Below are positions 1 to 11,014 of a stretch of DNA of 64,000 bases, in pieces. The stretch is from NCBI RefSeq assembly GCF_004010195.1, contig NC_057753.1, positions 12,008,570 through 12,072,569 of the forward strand, written 5' to 3'. Under the pieces are notes generated by a model, which saw nothing but the letters and a program-made list of their open reading frames with translations, searched no databases and had not been told where the DNA came from. How positions within the stretch are numbered: position 1 is the first letter of the stretch; every line of letters begins with the position of its first letter. This stretch comes from Chiloscyllium plagiosum (taxonomy: Eukaryota). The position numbers were made by a program, and so were the translations under genes.

Positions 1-773
1 GATAGAATCCCTAACCTTAAAAGAAATCATGTTAAGTTTCCATAATAAAAATCAGATTCAAAACAGTCCTGGAACAGAAGCTCCAGGGAATAAAACACAA
101 ACATTCAATCACCAACAAACAAATGTTCACTCAAACCAAATCACAAAAGGTTAAACTTCCTACCAGCTATACAGCTCTTTTCATTCTCTCTCTCTCTCGC
201 ACATTGACATATAAATTCAGATATTCACAAACCCAGTCTTCGTCTGATCTGTACTTTGGCCAGAAGACAGCGGGATGAAGAATGGATTCCTTAGTCCATA
301 CAAAGCAACAATATTTAATCATCTTTCTCCCTTGTACAAGTATTACTTTGCCAATTCCACAACATCCTGCCCAAAGGACTTTCCGGAGGAATGTTGTAAG
401 GGACCCCGCCTCCATTTCCATTGCCTTTTCCTTACTTTGTTTTCCCAGAGGCTTTTTCCTTACCCACAGCACAATCCATATTGAGATCCTTCGTTAGTCC
501 CTTATTAACTACTAAAACTCAATCCTGGCCACCAAGGCAATACTCAAAAGTCAATTTTCTTACCCTGGTCTGTGCACAGAGTTGCCTGGCCCCATCTTTC
601 CGTATTGTCTATCAACCTCCTATCACTGTCTGATTCAGATGTCTCTCTTGTAGGATTCACACCAGTCACCCAAGGGAGCAGACCAAACCGGGACACGAGA
701 CCGCTCCTCAATGGGGAACGGGACGCGTCTTCCCAGTATCCAAGTCCAGCCACTCCCCCGGCGATGGAAGAAA
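1..773 (-). mobile_element. ERV leader/internal region, continues off the window
   Basis: Lies immediately downstream of LTR plus PBS. No recognisable gag motif is visible. Confidence 0.55.
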
Positions 774-791
774 ATCCCGGACGAGCCCCCG
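774..791 (-). promoter_or_regulatory. Retroviral primer-binding site, tRNA-Pro
   Basis: Reverse complement CGGGGGCTCGTCCGGGAT matches the MLV-type PBS-Pro TGGGGGCTCGTCCGGGAT at 17/18 positions. Confidence 0.88.
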
Positions 792-793
792 GT

Positions 794-1384
794 TGTGAGA
801 AACAAAAGCTCACTCACGTCAATAATTTCAGTCCAGGACCAAAACTCTAAAACAGTGTCGTTTATTTGTACACTTGCAAGTGGGTGCAATGTCTAATGCC
901 AGGTAAGACAATGACAAATACACATCAAATCCAACAAACTCTCAAAATTTATACAGTTTGAATCCCCATATTTTTTCTTATTCCGTTGTTTGCCCCCATC
1001 CTCCGCTTACGTCATTCATTTCCTTAAGACTGAGCCCACAACTTCTGTTTATCCGGCCTTGTCCTTGACAAATGCCTATCTCTGGCCCCCCATAAGGTTG
1101 TTTGACGTCATCCCATCCTTTGCTTACCATTATCTACTCCCTCCATCTGCGCTGCCCCTCACAGCATCTTATCACTAAGCCCTTTTAATTGGGGTTTGTT
1201 CCTGTGTCTCTGTACAAGTGGGAAACAGATGTTTTTCCTGTTTGCCCATACATCTACCATTGTTCTATAATCATGTCTCATGCTAACATATCATTTTTTT
1301 AGCTGAATATATATATTTCCTCATTCTTGTTCTGTATCAGAATTTATAGTTGCAGAAATAACATCAATTCATCTATATCCCACA
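794..1384 (-). mobile_element. ERV 5' LTR
   Basis: TG...CA termini (TGTGGGATAT...TTTCTCACA on -) and AATAAA on - at 861-866. Followed 2 nt later by a PBS. A homologous copy is at 61186-61836. Confidence 0.8.
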
Positions 1385-1529
1385 GATTCCATTCACAAAT
1401 TGCATTCGTCTCCCCTCCCACCCCGGGTTTCAGCGTGATTTATCCTCTCCCTTTTCTTATTTGTCCCTTCAGGCACCTTACTCTTGGGGAAGGACATAGA
1501 AATGTGGGCCTTCAGGTTTAGGGTAGAAC

Positions 1530-1950
1530 CCAGCATCCCCCGCGGCGGGGAATGTCCCCTGGCCAGCACACGGGAGAGCGGTGCGCAGGCGCGGAGGCTG
1601 AGCGTACGGGGCATGCGCGGACAGCGGAATGGCGACGGGGGTGTGTGTGGGGGCTGCCTTTTCTGGGCTCCACGGTTCGTTGAGAATTAGGTGTGGCCGA
1701 GGGTGGGAGCGACGGGCCCAGAGTGCGGTGGGGGAGGCGTGTCAAACACCAGCGGACACCCCCGAAAAAGGATTTTTCGAAGGTCCCATCTCCATTCGCT
1801 GGGTGGGTCGGCCGCCATGTTTGCTGGGGGCGTTGCGGCAGCGCGGCCGCCATGTTTGTTGGGGGCGTCGAGGCAGCGCGGCCGCCATGTTTGTTGGGGG
1901 CGTTGAGGCAGCGTGGCCGCCATGTTTGTTGGGGGCGGTGGCTGGGATGA
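1530..1950. promoter_or_regulatory. CpG island / putative promoter
   Basis: Very CpG-rich against a CpG-depleted background. NRF1-like GCGCAGGCGC at about 1583 and GCATGCGC at 1611; tandem YY1 motifs. Confidence 0.6.
1809..1937. repeat. 35-bp tandem repeat (about 3.7 copies), each with YY1 consensus AAACATGGCGGC
   Basis: gccgccatgttt at 1811, 1846, 1881 and 1916. Confidence 0.85.
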
Positions 1951-2084
1951 ATGGCAGCAACTCTGCTGCCCATTGTCCTGAATAGGCTCAGCTTGTCCAT
2001 CAAGCTGCTTCAGTCTTTGACTCCCAATGTGTGATTGATGAGGCAGGGAATCACATAACCATGCATGACAGAAAGCCTCAAAAG

Positions 2085-3375
2085 TGGAGTCACAGGCAAA
2101 TAGGATAGTGAAGAAGGCGTTTGGTCCACTTGCCTCGTATTAGTATAGGAGTTGGGAGGTCGCGTTGCAGCTGTACAGGGCATTGGTCAAACTACTTTTG
2201 GAACAGCGTGTGCAGTTCTGGTCTCCCTTCTATGAGAAGGACGTTGTGAAACTTGAAAGGGTTCAGAAAAGATTTGCAAGGATGTTGCCAGGATTGGAGG
2301 GTTCGAGCTACAGGGAGAGGCTGAGTAGGCTGGGGCTGTTTTCCCGGGAGCGTCAGAGGCTGAGGGGCGACCTTGTAGAGGTTTATAAAATCACGGGCAT
2401 GGGTACAGTTTAAAAAAAAACAGTATTTCCCCCGGGAAGGTGGGAGTCCAAAACTAGAGGGCACAGGTTTACGGTGAGAGGGAAAGATTTAAACGGGAGC
2501 TAAGGGTCAACGTTTTCACACACAGAGGGTGGTGCGTGTATGGAATGAGCTGTCAAAGGAAGTGGTGGAGGCGGGTACAATTGCAACATTTAAAAGGTAT
2601 CTGGATGGCTACCTGAATAGGAAGGGTTTAGAGGGATATGGGCCACATGCTGGCAAATGGAACTAGATTAACTTAGGATATCTGGTCGGCATGGATGAGT
2701 TGGACCGAAGGGTCTGTTTCTGTCCTGTGTATCTCTCTGACTCGATGATTATTGACCTTTGTCTGCACTACTATTAAATACACTGAAACAAAAGAGAATA
2801 CAGTAAGACATAGGAGCAGATTTAGGCCGAAGAAGCTTGCTCCACCATTCGATCATGACTTTTGTGTTTCTCAACCTCATTCTCCTGCCTTCTCCCCATA
2901 ACCTTTGATCCCCTGACTATCTCTACCTTAAATACACTCAAATGCCTGGAAGGTTTGCGTTATAAAGAAAGACCGGGACTTTTTTTTTTAACTGGCGCAC
3001 AGGAGGCTGAGAGGACCTTACAGAGGTTTATAAAATAATGTGGGATATAAATAAAGTTATTGTTAGTTGTCTTTTCCCTGGGATGGGCACTTCAAAACTA
3101 GGGGGGGGCACAGTTTCAAGGTGAGAGGAGAGAGGTTTTAAAAAAGACACGAGGGGCAAATTTTAGACAGAGAGGGTGGTTCGTTTGTGGAATGAACTTC
3201 CTGAGGAAGTGGTAGATGTGGTACACTTCCAACGTTTAAAAGTCATTTGGATAATACATGAATAGGAAAGGTTTGGAGGGCCAGGAGCAGGCAGATGGGA
3301 CTAGTTTAGTTTGGGATTATGTTTGGTACGGACTGGTCAGACTGAAGGCCGCGTTTCCATGCTGTAAGACTTCTA
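2085..3375 (+). mobile_element. CR1/HER1-type LINE 3' fragments (at least two)
   Basis: LQLYRALVK...VQFWSP...LERVQKRFARMLPGLE...ERLSRLGLFS...RLRGDL motif and the typical 3' UTR (ggaccgaagggtctgtttc). Confidence 0.85.
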
Positions 3376-3910
3376 AAACCACGAGGGGCACGAGATGAGG
3401 TGAATGACGAGGGCCCTAAATCGGAAACGAAAACAAAAATTGCTTGGAAAAACTCAACAAGTCTGGCAGCATGGGTGGAGAGAAATTCCGAGTTAACGTT
3501 TTGTGGTCGGGAACTGCAAATTGTGAAACTCGACTCTGGACAGACAGTGACGGATTTTGGAAGGGGAGGGCTAGAAGGGGAATGTTTACACACAAGGAAA
3601 CCCAGAAAGATGTTGGCTGCCCTGACTTTCTACCCTGGGAAGACTTTGAAGGATTTTGTAAAATTCCTCTTACAGGATGTCATTCGCCAAGAAGGAACTC
3701 TGATCAAACATCACGTCAAAAATCCACGAGAATGAATTGATTCGTCAGGACTCTGATCTTTGAAGTGTGAGTGCTGAGCACCAGGTTAGTTAAACAGCTC
3801 TCTTGACACCCCATGCTCCGACAAAAATCCTAAACTGTTCTCCTTTAGTTGTCTCACAATCAGCTAATGGGAACGACTCGACTTGATCTGCTGCAGGAAA
3901 AGCTTGTGGT

Positions 3911-4822
3911 GATACGGCGGCTCAATCGGTTAGCACTGCTAACTCACCATGCTCGGGTCCTGGGTTCGATTCCACCCTCGGGCGACTGTCTGTGTGGAGT
4001 TACATTTTTGCCCCCTGTGTCGGCGTGGGTTCCCTCTGGGTGCTTTGGTTTCCTCCTACAGTCCAAAGGTTAGTAGGATTGGCCATGCTAAATTACCCAT
4101 AGTGCCCAGGGATGTGCAGGATAGGGTGGATTGGCCATGCTAAATTACCCATAGTGCTCAGGGATGTGCAGGTTAGGGTGGATTGGCCATGCTAAATTAC
4201 GCATAGTGCCCAGAGATGTGTAAGTTAGGGTGAATTGACCATGGTAAATTACCCATAGTGCCCAGGGATGTGCAGGTTAGGGTGAATTGACCATGCTAAA
4301 TTACCCATAGTGCCCAGGGATGTGCAGGTTAGGGTGGATTGGCCGTGCTAAATTACCCATAGTGCCCAGGGATGTGCTGGTTAGGGTGGACTGGCCATGC
4401 TAAATTACCCATAGTGCCCAGGGATGTGCAGGTTAGTGTGAATTGGCCATGCTATGTTACCCATAGTGTTCAGAGATGTGTAGGTTTGTGTGGATTGCTT
4501 ATGCTAAATTACCCATAGTACTCAGGGATGTGCAGGTTAGGGTGGACTGGCCATGCTAAATTACCCATAGTGCCCAGGGATGTGCAGGTTTGGGTGAATT
4601 GACCATGCTAAATTACCCATAGTGCCCAGGGATGTGCAGGTTAGGGTGGATTGGCCGTGCTAAATTACCCATAGTGCCCAGGGATGTGCTGGTTAGGGTG
4701 GATTGGCCATGCTAAATTACCCATAGAGCCCAGGGATATGCAGGTTAGGGTGGATTGGCCGTGCTAAATTACCCATAGTGCCCAGGGACGTGCAGGTTAG
4801 GGTGGACTGGCCGTGCTAAATT
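3911..4822 (+). mobile_element. HE1-type SINE with its internal 52-bp unit expanded to about 14 copies
   Basis: tRNA-like head (ggttagcactgct...ggttcgattcc) and V-domain-like segment, then the unit ggattggccatgctaaattacccatagtgcccagggatgtgcaggttagggt repeated from 4076 at period 52. Confidence 0.88.
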
Positions 4823-4947
4823 GTTCAGCCTGTTGCCACTCCACCCCCACAATTGGTCCTCATCCTTTGACACTCTGCGTTACCTGGAATTATCTTGCCA
4901 TTATCTCTCGGCATAGCAGTTCTGTGCCTGTGCGTTTCCCTCCACTT

Positions 4948-5063
4948 CACCTGATGAAGGGGCAAGCGCTACGAAAGCTTGTGATTTCAAATAAGCCCGT
5001 AACCCGGTGTTGAGTGACTTCTGACTTTGTCCACCCCAGTCCAACACCCACCGCCTCTACATC
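4948..5063 (+). mobile_element. Penelope-like terminal fragment, family B, with degenerate hammerhead core
   Basis: cac CTGATGA aggggcaagcgctac GAAA gcttgtg...tttgtccaccccagtccaacac. Confidence 0.65.
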
Positions 5064-5129
5064 AGGCTGGGGTGGACTCGCTTGGGTTACAGAGTAGGAG
5101 GGTCGGGTGTTGACTTGATGGCCTGAAAT

Positions 5130-6940
5130 GGAGTCACAAAGTCCTACAGCACGGAGACCAGGCCCTTCAACCCAAACTGGTCCATGCTGACCGAAATGTC
5201 TGTCCACGCTAACCCCGTTCCCCTGCACTTGGCTCATATCCTTCTAAACCTTTGCTATTCACCTTTGCTATTGTCCAAATGCCTTTTAAATGTTGTTCAT
5301 GTATCCGCCTCAACCACTTCCACTGACAGCTCATTCCATACGCGTACCACCCTCTGTGTAAAAAAAAAGTTGCCCCTCAGGGGTTCCCTTTTATTCTTTC
5401 CCTTCTAATCTTAAACTGATGCCCTCTAGTCCTCGATTCATCATCCCTGGGAAAAAGACCGAGTGCATTCACCCTATACACCTTTATAAGGCCCTCCCCT
5501 CAGTCTTATACACCTCTATAAAGTGTATGCACCTTATACACTTCTATAAGGTCTTATACACCTCTATAAGGTCTTATTGATCTTATACACCTCTATAAGG
5601 TCCTCCCCTCAGTCTCCTACGCTCTTAAGAAAATGTCCTGTCTTGTCCAACCTCTTCCTCTATCCCAGACCATTAAGTTCAGGCAACATCTGTGCCATAT
5701 TCTACTGCCCTCTTTCCAGTTTAGTGACATCCTTCCTGTAGTAAGGTTTCCAAAACTGAACACATTACTCCAAGTGTGGCCTCACCAATGTCCTGTATAA
5801 CTGCAACATAAATTCCCCACTTCAATACTCAGTGCCCTGACTGATGAAGGCCAGTGTGCCAAAAGCCTTTTTCACTGCCCTGTCTAACCGTGACTCCACT
5901 TTCAGAGAACCGTGCACCTGAACTCCAAGGTCCCTCTGTTCCACTACACTCCTTAAGGCCCTACCATTCACCATGAAACTCCTAACTTGATTTGACTTTC
6001 CAAACTGCAGAACCTCACACTGATCCATATGAAATTCTGTTTGCCATTTCTCGGCCCACTTCCCCAGCTGATCAAGGTCCTCTGCAATTTCCGACAACCT
6101 TCCTCACACTGTCCACGATACCACCTATTTTAGCGTCATCACCCAACTGACGTAATCATGCCTTGCCCATTCTCGTCTAAATCATTGATATAGATAACAA
6201 ACAGTAATGGACCCAGCACTGACCCCTGAGACGCTCCACTGGTCACAGGCCTCCAGTCTGACAAGCATCCTTCCACTATTACCCTCTGCGTCCTGCCATC
6301 AAGTCAATTGTGTATTCAACTTTCCAGCTTCCTCAGGTTTCCATGTGATCGAACCTTCCAGAGCAGCCTACCATGTGGAACCTTACCAAAGACCTTACTG
6401 AAATCCATATAGACTATGTCTACCGCCCTGCTTTGATTAACCTTCCTGGTCACCTCATCAAAAGACAAATTTTGTGAGAAATGATCTTCCAAGCACAAAG
6501 ATTGCTCCTAATCAAACCCTGTGTTTCCAAGGGCGGCACGGTGGCACAGTGGTTAGCACTGCTGCCTCACAGCGCCAGAGACCCGAGTTCAATTCCCGAC
6601 TCAGGCGACTGACTGTGTGGAGTTTGCACGTTCTCCCCGTGTCTGCGTGGGTTTCCTCCGGGTGCTCCGGTTTCCTCCCACAGTCCAAAGATGTGCAGGT
6701 CAGGTGAATTGGCCTGTAGTGTTAGGTAAAGGGGTAAATGTAGGGGAATGGGTGGGTTGCGCTTCGGTGGTTCGGTGTGGACTTGTTGGGCCGAAGGGCC
6801 TGTTTCCACACTGTCAGTAATCTAATCTAAGTGCATGTATACCTTCTCTCAGAATCTTTTCAAGTAATCTACCCACTACAGATGTTAAGCTCAATGGTCG
6901 ATAGTTCCCAGGCTTTTCTTTACATGATCTGCTTCCACAC
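5130..6940 (-). mobile_element. CR1/HER1-type LINE RT fragment, interrupted by an HE1 SINE
   Basis: VDIVYMDFSKVFGKVPHGRLL and WAEKWQTEF...ERDLGVQVHGSLK...VKKA are CR1 RT motifs. Confidence 0.88.
6531..6830 (+). mobile_element. HE1-type SINE (V-SINE), near full length
   Basis: A box tggcacagtggttagc, B box gagttcaattccc, conserved central domain, CR1-like tail ending (aatct)n. Confidence 0.9.
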
Positions 6941-7346
6941 TATTAGGGATTTTGCGATTCGACGTGCACCTAAAACAAAATCTCTCTTGAATTCCTCCCC
7001 CCACCAAAACGAACCTAACCTTGGAATTCAAATGTTTCCTTCCTCCAACCATTCTGGCAAATCTGACAACACTTTCCCCCAGAAGTACCGTCGCATCCTT
7101 CATAAAGTGTAGCGTTTGTTAATTTGTGGAGACTCATATGCTCTGCGTTCGTGCGTGTGTGATGCTATCCTGCACTTTGGTCATCTATTCAGCTGGGTCA
7201 GAAACATTAACTCCGATCTCTCTCTCTCTCTCTCCACAGATGCTGCCAGACCTGCTGAGCTTTTTCTGCAATTCCTCTTCCTGTTTATTCTGGTTGTTTC
7301 AGGGGTGAGTACTTTTGACCATACATCTACAATCTGGAGCGTTTTA

Positions 7347-7668
7347 TTTTTTTTTTCTCTGCAGCGCCTACCTCTCCCTGAGCAGCTCAAGGGTGTTGGT
7401 GAACACCACATGCTCCTTCTCCAGAGACAGCCAGGTTCTGAATCTCCTGCTTTTTTTTTTCTTAACCCCCACACTACCACCTAAGTGCGGTAGTGCTTAT
7501 TTTTTTCCCCAGCACCCATGGTGTGTGTGTGTGCAGGTGTGAGACACAGTGAAAGACACAAAGTGCACCAATCTTTATTCAAATTCCACCACCAGGAAGA
7601 TAGGAAAAATAGAGTTGGAGGGAGAAATGATGCACTCCACTCCCTGCGGTGCCCACCTCTCCCTGAAC
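7347..7668 (-). mobile_element. Tx1/L1-type 3' fragments with a 14-bp TSD
   Basis: Reverse complement encodes FRERWAPQGVECIISP and LEKEHVVFTNTLELLRER, with A-tails. tctggagcgtttta is duplicated at 7333-7346 and 7669-7682. Confidence 0.7.
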
Positions 7669-7789
7669 TCTGGAGCGTTTTAAGGGCTGTTGTATCAATT
7701 AAAAGCAGGGGTGGAGATGGAAGAGAAAGCAGATGGGGTTAACTCCAAGAATATTGTAACCCTGTCGGGTCCAGCAGCTGTCAATGTGA

Positions 7790-8525
7790 GGTGTTGCATC
7801 TTGGAAAGGCAATGCAGGGCAGGACTTGCACACTTAATGGTACGGTCCTGGGGAGTGTTGCCAAACAAAGAGACCCTGAAGGTGGGAAGGTGCAGGTGGT
7901 GAAGAAGGCATTTGGTATGCTTCCCTTTATTCGTCAGTGCATTGAAGTATAGAAGTTGGGAGGTCATGTTGCAGCTGTGCAGGACATTGGTTGGGCCACT
8001 TTTGGAATACTGCGTTCAATTCCAGTCTCCCTGCTACAGGAAGGATGTTCTGCAACCTTAAAGGGTTCAGAAAAGATCTTAATGGATATTGCCGGGGATG
8101 GAGGCTTTGAGCCGGAGGGAGGGGCTGAATAGGCGGGGGCTGTTTTCCCTGGAGAGTTGGAGGCTTATCAAGGTTTATAAAATCATGAGGGGCATGGATA
8201 GGGTGAATAGACGAGGTCTTTTCCTCTGGTAGTTGGGAGTCCAGAATAGAGGGCGTAGGTTTGAGGTGAGAGGGGAAAGATTTAAAAGGGACTTGAGAGG
8301 CAATTTTTTTCACACAGAGGGTGGTGTGTGTAATGAGGTGCCTGGGGAAATGGTGGAGGCCGGTATAATGACAACATGTTAAAAGCAGCATCTGGATGGG
8401 TGCACGAATAGGAAGGGTTCAGAGCGATTGGGGGCCAAATGCTGGACGAGATTAATTTGGGATCTCCGGTCGGCGCGCACAAGTTGGGCCGAAGGGTCTG
8501 TTTCTGTGCTGGGTGACTCCATGTT
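7790..8525 (+). mobile_element. CR1-type LINE 3' fragment
   Basis: Same CR1 3' motifs as 2085-2750. Confidence 0.8.
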
Positions 8526-8718
8526 ATAAAACCCCAGCTGTTGTGGTTCCTGAGGCGAGGGGCGTTCCCGTTAAGTAAGGAGTCACAAGTCAGCGCCCGC
8601 TCCACACGAATGGCCAACCTTGCTCGGTTCGGTTTCGCGACCTGCCTTCCGCGTTTCCCTGGGTTGCCTCTCACTCCCCCTCTTCCCTGTTTCGACTCAA
8701 TTTCGCGCAAGGGGCCCG

Positions 8719-9609
8719 ATGGAGGAGAGGATTTCGACCGTGGAAGGAAAAAGCACTGCCGTCAGCGGGGAGGAGCTGTACGCGCGTTGCGTGCGTGGAC
8801 GTGGTTCCGACCAACCGTCCGCGGCGTTGCCGCGCCGACGCGGTCAGGCGGAGGAGAAACCGTGGAAATGTGGGGACTGCGGGAAGGGGTACAGGTCGCC
8901 CTCGGACTTGGAGATTCACCAGCGCAGCCACTCCGGGGAGAGGCCGTTCACCTGTTCCGAGTGCGGGAAGGGATTCACCCGGTCTTCCAACCTGCTGACC
9001 CACCGGCGGGTCCACACCGACGAGCGACCCTTCAGGTGCCCAGACTGCGGGCGGGCCTACAAAAGCTCCGGGGAGCTGACGTCCCACCAGCGGGTCCACA
9101 CCGACGAGCGACCCTTCAGGTGCCCAGACTGCGGGCGGGCCTACAAAAGCTCCGGGGAGCTGATGTCCCACCAGCGGGTCCACACCGACGAGAGACCGTT
9201 CCGGTGCTCCCGGTGTGGCTCTGGGTTCAGGCAAGCATCTCAGCTCACCGTGCACCGGCGGGTCCACACCGGCGAGCGGCCGTTCGCCTGCCCCGAGTGC
9301 GGCCGGGGCTTCACCCAGTCCACCGACCTGCTGACCCACCGGCGGGTCCACACCGGGGAGAGGCCGTTCGCCTGCTCGCAGTGCGGCAAGGGCTTCACCC
9401 AGTCGTCCAACCTGCTGACCCACCGCCGGGTTCACACCGGCGAGCGGCCGTTCTCCTGCTCCAAGTGTGGGAAGAGCTTCACGACCTCTTCCACCCTGCT
9501 GAGGCACAGTCGGACTCACAACGGGGAGAGGCCGTTCAGCTGCGCGTTGTGTGGGAAGAGATTCACTCAGTCCTCCAGCCTGGTGAGGCACCAGCAAGTT
9601 CACAAGTGA
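8719..9609 (+). CDS. C2H2 zinc-finger protein, 9 tandem fingers plus a degenerate N-terminal finger (ZNF-A)
   Basis: ORF 8620-9609 with first ATG at 8719 ([10 protein letters not shown]). Nine CxxC-x12-HxxxH motifs with TGERPF/TDERPF linkers. Ends HK*; AATAAA at 9745-9750. Confidence 0.9.
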   Translation: MEERISTVEGKSTAVSGEELYARCVRGRGSDQPSAALPRRRGQAEEKPWKCGDCGKGYRSPSDLEIHQRSHSGERPFTCSECGKGFTRSSNLLTHRRVHTDERPFRCPDCGRAYKSSGELTSHQRVHTDERPFRCPDCGRAYKSSGELMSHQRVHTDERPFRCSRCGSGFRQASQLTVHRRVHTGERPFACPECGRGFTQSTDLLTHRRVHTGERPFACSQCGKGFTQSSNLLTHRRVHTGERPFSCSKCGKSFTTSSTLLRHSRTHNGERPFSCALCGKRFTQSSSLVRHQQVHK

Positions 9610-10136
9610 CTGCAGCGATTGGATTTTCCGGTTAACCTGAGACGAAATCACACGCAGGACTGAACCATTCTGACAGGGCCTCTGCCTGCTGACGTTAGCA
9701 AACTCCACCTCGGTTTATAGAGGCGAATATTCTGGATAAAATCAAATAAATTACAAGGACAATGTGAATGTTTTTAAAGTCTTGAAAACAAGTTAGTTTA
9801 TCTTTTGCTGAAGTCCCTTTTTTGAATTTTTCTGTCGGGTAACTGTGGAAACAGGCCGTTCAGCCCGTCGGGTCTACACTGACCCTCCAAAGCGCGTCCC
9901 ACCCAGTCATTTTCCCACCCTATAAGCCTGCACATCCCGTGGCTAATCCACCTAGCCTGCTCATTCTCGGATGCTGGGCAATTTAATAAACGTCGATTCT
10001 CCTGCTGTTCCTGAAGGAGGGCATGTGCCCGAAACGTTGATTCTCCTGCTCCTCGGATGCTGCCTGGCCTGCTGTGTTTTTCCAGCACCACGTTTTTCAA
10101 CCCCAGTCTCCAGCATCTGCAGTCCTCACTTTCTCC

Positions 10137-10317
10137 CAATCCACCCTAACCTTCACATTTTTGGACTGTGGGAGGAAACTGGCACACCCAGAGGAAGCCC
10201 ATGCAGACCCCGGGGGGAAAGGGAGCATGCAATCTCTACACAGACAGTCTCCTGAGGGTGGAATTGAACCTGGTTCCCTGGCGTTGTGAGGCAGCAGTGC
10301 TAACCACTGAGCCACCA
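10137..10317 (-). mobile_element. HE1-type SINE, 5' part
   Basis: Reverse complement ggtggctcagtggttagcactgctgcctcac. Confidence 0.8.
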
Positions 10318-10544
10318 TAAGTACAGGTACATACTTACCTGAAATATCCCCTCAGATGTGTGACTGGCTCTTCATTGATCTACCCCTAGAATGCCTGTTC
10401 ACTTCACCTCGTTCAGCTGCTCTGCCCACGTTGCTGCTTTTATTTAGTTTCAAAGCCCCAGTTTCAGATCCAATATCCTCCTCTTGAACAGCATGTAGAA
10501 TTCGACCTTATTGTGGTCACCGTTGGCCAGGGTCACCTTAAATC

Positions 10545-10730
10545 ATGGTCAGAAGTCACACGACACCAAGTTATAGTGCAGCAGGTTTATTTGAAATCTC
10601 AAGCTCTCTGAGCGCTGCCCCCTTCACCAAGTGGAGTGCGCTCCAAAAACGTATTGTTTCAAATAAACCTATTGGACTATGACCTGGTGTTGTGTGACTT
10701 ATGACCTTGTCCAACATCTCCACCTCATGA
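10545..10730. mobile_element. Penelope-like family B inverted-arm element
   Basis: Arm agaagtcacacgacaccaagttatag...tttatttgaaa pairs with tttcaaataaacc...ctataacctggtgttgtgtgactt. Confidence 0.65.
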
Positions 10731-10807
10731 CTGTCTTAAATCATAGAATCCCTACAGTGTGTCAGTCAGTCCACACTGACCTTCTGAAGAGCAATTTCCC
10801 CCACCCC

Positions 10808-11014
10808 CATTCCTCATCTCCATCTTCACATTCCTCATCTCCATCTTCACATTCCTCATCTCCATCCTTCCATTCCTCATCTCCATCTTCACATTCCTCA
10901 TCTCCATCCTTCCATTCCTCATCTCCATCCTCCCATTCCTCATCTCCATCTTCACATTCCTCATCTCCATCCTCCCATTCCTCATCTCCATCTTCACATT
11001 CCTCATCTCCATCC
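10808..11014. repeat. 21-bp minisatellite (cattcctcatctccatcttca), about 10 copies
   Basis: Directly visible; it generates the low-complexity SSH/EDG/MEMRN ORFs. Confidence 0.92.

Noticed and set aside
1518..2003. 161-aa ORF with repeats
   Set aside because: Product of the GC-rich 35-bp tandem repeat; no domain recognisable.
4076..4822. CRISPR-like array
   Set aside because: Contiguous repeats with no unique spacers, derived from a SINE, in a eukaryotic context.
6531..6605. tRNA gene (also other HE1 heads and the 52 kb units)
   Set aside because: A/B boxes run into SINE bodies; no complete cloverleaf and no poly-T terminator.
8541..9708. 364-aa alternate-frame and 345-aa antisense ORFs over ZNF-A (similar ones over ZNF-C and ZNF-D)
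   Set aside because: Shadow ORFs expected from GC3-rich repetitive finger codons; no independent domain signal.
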